A DNA stretch of 64,000 nt from Vicugna vicugna (lineage: Eukaryota): positions 1,922,001-1,986,000 of the forward strand of contig MU058714.1 of the NCBI GenBank assembly GCA_013265495.1, read 5' to 3'. The translations under genes and the position numbers were made by a program. The notes beneath the pieces were generated by a model, which had not been told where the DNA came from, did no database searches, and saw only the letters and a program-made list of their open reading frames with translations. This document shows positions 60,523 through 64,000 of this stretch, piece by piece (position 1 is the stretch's first letter; each line of letters starts with the position of its first letter).

Positions 60523-60927
60523 GTGAGGGCTGCGGCGGCCAGGCGGTCACCTCTGGGGGTCCCCTCAGTTCAGTTCAGAGAGCCTCCCTCGGGCAAAGAG
60601 GCCCTGTGGTCGGGGGTTGGCCAGTACATCCCAGGTTTCCAGGGGTGCCTGGAGAGAAGCCACTGAGAGTGCTGTGGTCCCCACTGGGCAGACTGAGCAC
60701 ATGCCAAGGCTGTGTGCGGCCCTGTCCAATGGGCTGTGTGCGTCCAGCTGTACTCGGTCCTAGAGGACGGGGGCTCCAGGCCCTGTGCTCTGCAGGTTCT
60801 TGCTGTCTGCACAGACTAAGCAGACGCCTCTAGCAAGGAGCTCTCCTTATGAACCGTGCTTTGCTCGGGAGATGTGCAAGTGTGGTTCCCGCTCTGGGCG
60901 CCCGGTGCTCCTGGCGTGTCTGCTGAG

Positions 60928-60987
60928 CTGGGGGCGGGGGCGCCGGGGAGAACCTCGGCCTGCTCCTCAGCCGCTGCCATCCCCCAG
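60928..60987 (+). ncRNA. Candidate 5'-tailed mirtron hairpin (position I recall for human MIR6787)
   Basis: CTGGGGG (60928) pairs with CCCCCAG ending at the splice acceptor; inner GGGGAG pairs with CTCCTC; 60 nt overall. Confidence 0.4.
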
Positions 60988-61131
60988 GCCCACTGTGCAG
61001 CGTGTGTGTGAATCGCTTTGGCTGCCGGCCTGTCATGCTCGCAGGCGGCCTCTTGGCATCCCTGGGTATGGTGGCCGCGTCTTTCTGCGGAAGCATCATC
61101 CAGCTCTACCTCACCACCGGCGTCATCACAG
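60988..61131 (+). CDS. SLC16A3: SLC16A3 coding exon 2 ([20 protein letters not shown]...TGVIT)
   Basis: Acceptor catcccccag, donor AG|GTGAGT, 144 nt. Confidence 0.97.
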
Positions 61132-61390
61132 GTGAGTGGGACCGGCAGGAGCAGGGTGGGCCGTGGCGCCTCTGCTGCTCATTGGTGGCCGGGTGGCGAC
61201 GATGGCTCGGAAGGACGGGGGCCAGGGGTGGGGGGGGGCAGCCACGGGGTGTCCGCACCGGCGCCAGCCAGTCCTCTGTCCCCGTCTCTCTCCCCAGGGC
61301 GGGGCGGGTCAGGCCGGGCCTGTGCTGGGAAGAGCGGGGGGCGGGAGGGAAAGGGCACATGCTCACTGCCCACCGCCCACCGCCCCCCAG

Positions 61391-62149
61391 GCTTGGGTCT
61401 GGCGCTCAACTTCCAGCCGTCGCTCATCATGCTCAACCGCTACTTCAGCCGGCGGCGCCCCATGGCCAACGGGCTGGCGGCAGCGGGCAGCCCCGTGTTC
61501 CTGTGCGCCCTGTCCCCGCTGGGGCAGCTGCTGCAGGATCACTACGGCTGGCGGGGCGGCTTCCTCATCCTGGGCGGCCTACTGCTCAACTGCTGCGTGT
61601 GCGCTGCACTCATGCGGCCGCTGGAGGCGCCCCGGCCAGCTGCGGGGCCTGCACCCCCGCGGGCCCCACGGCGGCTGCTGGACCTGAGTGTCTTCAGGGA
61701 CCGAGGCTTCGTCGTCTACGCGCTCGCTGCCTCCATCATGGTGCTGGGGCTCTTCGTGCCACCAGTGTTCGTAGTGAGCTACGCCAAGGACCTGGGCGTG
61801 CCCGACACCCAGGCGGCCTTCCTGCTCACCGTGCTGGGCTTCATCGACATCTTTGCCCGGCCCACCGCCGGCTTCATCGCAGGGCTCAAGAAGGTGCGGC
61901 CCTACTCCGTCTACCTCTTCAGCTTTGCCATGTTCTTCAACGGCTTCACCGACCTCACGGGCTCCACGGCGAGAGACTACGGCGGCCTGGTGGTCTTCTG
62001 CATCTTCTTCGGCATCTCCTACGGCATGGTGGGGGCCCTGCAGTTCGAGGTGCTCATGGCCATCGTGGGCACCCAGAAGTTCTCCAGCGCCATCGGCCTC
62101 GTGCTGCTGCTGGAGGCCATAGCTGTGCTCATCGGGCCCCCGTCGGGAG
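61391..62149 (+). CDS. SLC16A3: SLC16A3 coding exon 3 ([18 protein letters not shown]...GFIDIFARP...IGPPSG)
   Basis: MCT motifs [13 protein letters not shown] and IDIFARP (substrate-gating Asp/Arg); donor G|GTAAGT; 759 nt. Confidence 0.97.
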
Positions 62150-62999
62150 GTAAGTGCTGGCGGCAGGGTGGGGAGCCAGCTGCCTCCCCTTCCCGGGGCC
62201 AGGCTGGGCCCTTGGGGCAGTTCTCTTCCTGGGGAGGGGAGGTGCCATGGGAGGGCCCTTAGCTGGAGGGACCCCCGGATTCCTGCCTGGTCTGGCCACC
62301 TCGTAGCTCTGCACACCGCCAGCAGGGGTCAGGAGGGAACACGGCCTCGCCTACATCCCAGGACCTGCTTGGTCCACCGTGGGAGGGGGTGCCTGGGCCC
62401 AAGGCAGGTGCAGGCCTGAGTCGTGGGGACAGGTAATGGCTCCAGGGTGGAGTCCTGGCCCTCTGTTCTGGCTGTCCCCACACACCGGGGATGTTCAGAG
62501 CCGAGGCCTGGGCCAGTTTTTGCTACGGTGGGCTTTTATTTTTTTGATGGCTGATTAAATACTGTTGTGGGATTAAAATGGCATGGACTGTGGGAGCAGC
62601 ATGGCCACAGCCCCACCAGGCTTGGTCACTGGGTTTGGGTCTCTCTAGCCAGCCCTGTCAGACCCCTACCTTCTACCTAACCCTGGACCTCTGGCTCCTC
62701 TCTCCTGGAGGGGTCTGGGGCAAGGGTGGGGAGACACCTGAATCGTCACTGTCCTGGGGTCCTCCTGTGGGGGCCACTGGTGGGGAGGCTGCCATGGTGA
62801 TGGGCAGCAGGGCCTCGCATGAAGCTCCACCCAAACCCTGGTCAGAGCCACTCTGGTTCAGCCTCTGGGTATGTGCTGCCTGGGGAACGGGGTTGGCGGT
62901 GGGGGCAGCCGCCTGAGGGCCCAGCCTGCTCTGGTGGCGCACTGTGGGTGGGGGGTTGGTGGGAGGCTGCAGCCCGGGCTGACCCCGCCCCCTTTGCAG

Positions 63000-63253
63000 G
63001 CAAGCTCCTGGACGCGACGCACGTCTACCAGTACGTGTTTGTGCTGGCGGGGGCCGAGGTGCTGACCTCCTCCCTCGTGCTGGTGCTGGGCAACTTCTTC
63101 TGCATTGGGAAGAGGCCCGAGGTGGCCGCGGAGGAGGAGCGCCACAAGCCCCCCGAGGACGTGAGGGTGGACTCTCGGGAGGTGGAGCACTTCCTGAAGA
63201 CGGAGCCTGAGAAGAACGGGGAGGTGGTTCACACCCCGGAGACGAGCGTCTGA
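63000..63253 (+). CDS. SLC16A3: SLC16A3 last coding exon (KLLDATHVY...EKNGEVVHTPETSV-stop)
   Basis: Acceptor ccctttgcag; MCT4-specific C-terminus HTPETSV; spliced CDS 1380 nt = 459 aa plus stop. Confidence 0.97.
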
Positions 63254-63306
63254 GCCGGAGGCCGGCAGGGGTTCAGGGAATCGGACAGAGACCGTCAACG
63301 CTCGTA

Positions 63307-63312
63307 TTTATT
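63307..63312 (-). terminator. Minus-strand AATAAA, candidate poly(A) signal of an incoming antisense transcript
   Basis: The + strand reads TTTATT inside the SLC16A3 3' UTR, an isolated AT island in GC-rich sequence. Confidence 0.4.
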
Positions 63313-64000
63313 TCACAAACAGGACTAGCTGGGGTGGGGCCGTCGGCTCGGCGCCGGCTGCCCGGGCAGCGGATCATCGCCTGATCAGTGTTTTTCGGGG
63401 GAGGTGGTGGGGTGGGAACGTGTCATTCCGAGGCGGATCTGTGGTGAAGCCAAGCCGCGAGGTTACAAGCCATCTGCCCCGGGGCCCCGCCTGCTGACCC
63501 CAGAGGCGCCCGATGCCCACCACTGGGCTCAAGGACCTAGAAACCCGCGCTTCAGAGACAACACGGCTTTAATCAGAGGGCAGGGCCGCTGCAGAGTGGG
63601 TGCTCCCCTGACGGGCCCTTCCTGCCCGGGCCTCCACTGTGTGCCCCAGCCCAGCCCTCTCCGAGTGCCTAGAGGACAAAGCTCCCTCCTTCACGCCTGG
63701 AAGCCAGAAAAGCCTGCGTGTGGGAGGAGCTGCCCCGAGAGGAATGTCTTCCAGGAGCTGCAGTTCTGGAGGGGCAGCGAGCGGTCTGGCCACCCACCCC
63801 AAGTCCCACTTTCTCAGCAAACAAGCCTGGCTATTTTCACAGAGTGGTTCTGGTCCTTGTCAACCGTGCAGCTTTGTAAGCCCGACTGGCCCCGGCCCCG
63901 GCCCTGCGGTGCCCAGTCAGCTCAGAGTGGTCACACGGGGCCCTGGCGGCTGGCAGGGAGGCCACACTGCAGGGGTGTGTGCACTTCAGCTGGGACGTAG

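Noticed and set aside
61579-62316. 245-aa antisense ORF over the large SLC16A3 exon
   Set aside because: Mirror of MCT4 codon bias; antisense frames of high-GC3 genes are commonly open.

Overview
GC-rich mammalian genomic DNA, most likely camelid because three copies of a Vic-1-like tRNA-derived SINE are present. It matches the CCDC57-SLC16A3 locus (human 17q25.3 synteny). On the minus strand, CCDC57 (centriolar/ciliary coiled-coil protein) starts in a CpG island at about 40.45-41.35 kb. I traced 13 in-phase coding exons (31271 down to 4809, 730 codons, all GT-AG); the 3' exons lie left of the window. On the plus strand, SLC16A3 (MCT4 lactate/H+ symporter) has a CpG-island promoter at about 52.3-53.4 kb and a complete 4-exon CDS (60300-63253, 459 aa). 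The rest is intronic/intergenic DNA with old L1 fragments, MIR/L2, MER33, MLT1 and MER21-like remnants. Most ORFs in the six-frame track are GC-rich shadow ORFs. No CRISPR or prokaryotic system is present. Best leads: (1) a strong-Kozak ATG inside an RFX X-box in CCDC57 exon 1 that is either an in-frame N-terminal extension or a uORF depending on 5' UTR splicing; (2) a mirtron-shaped hairpin ending exactly at an SLC16A3 3' splice site; (3) a minus-strand AATAAA in the SLC16A3 3' UTR suggesting an antisense overlapping 3' end, probably CSNK1D; (4) an NMD-escaping reading frame if SLC16A3 intron 3 is retained; (5) promoter and intronic HRE clusters. Gene and repeat-family names come from recalled sequences, not database searches; repeat boundaries are approximate.
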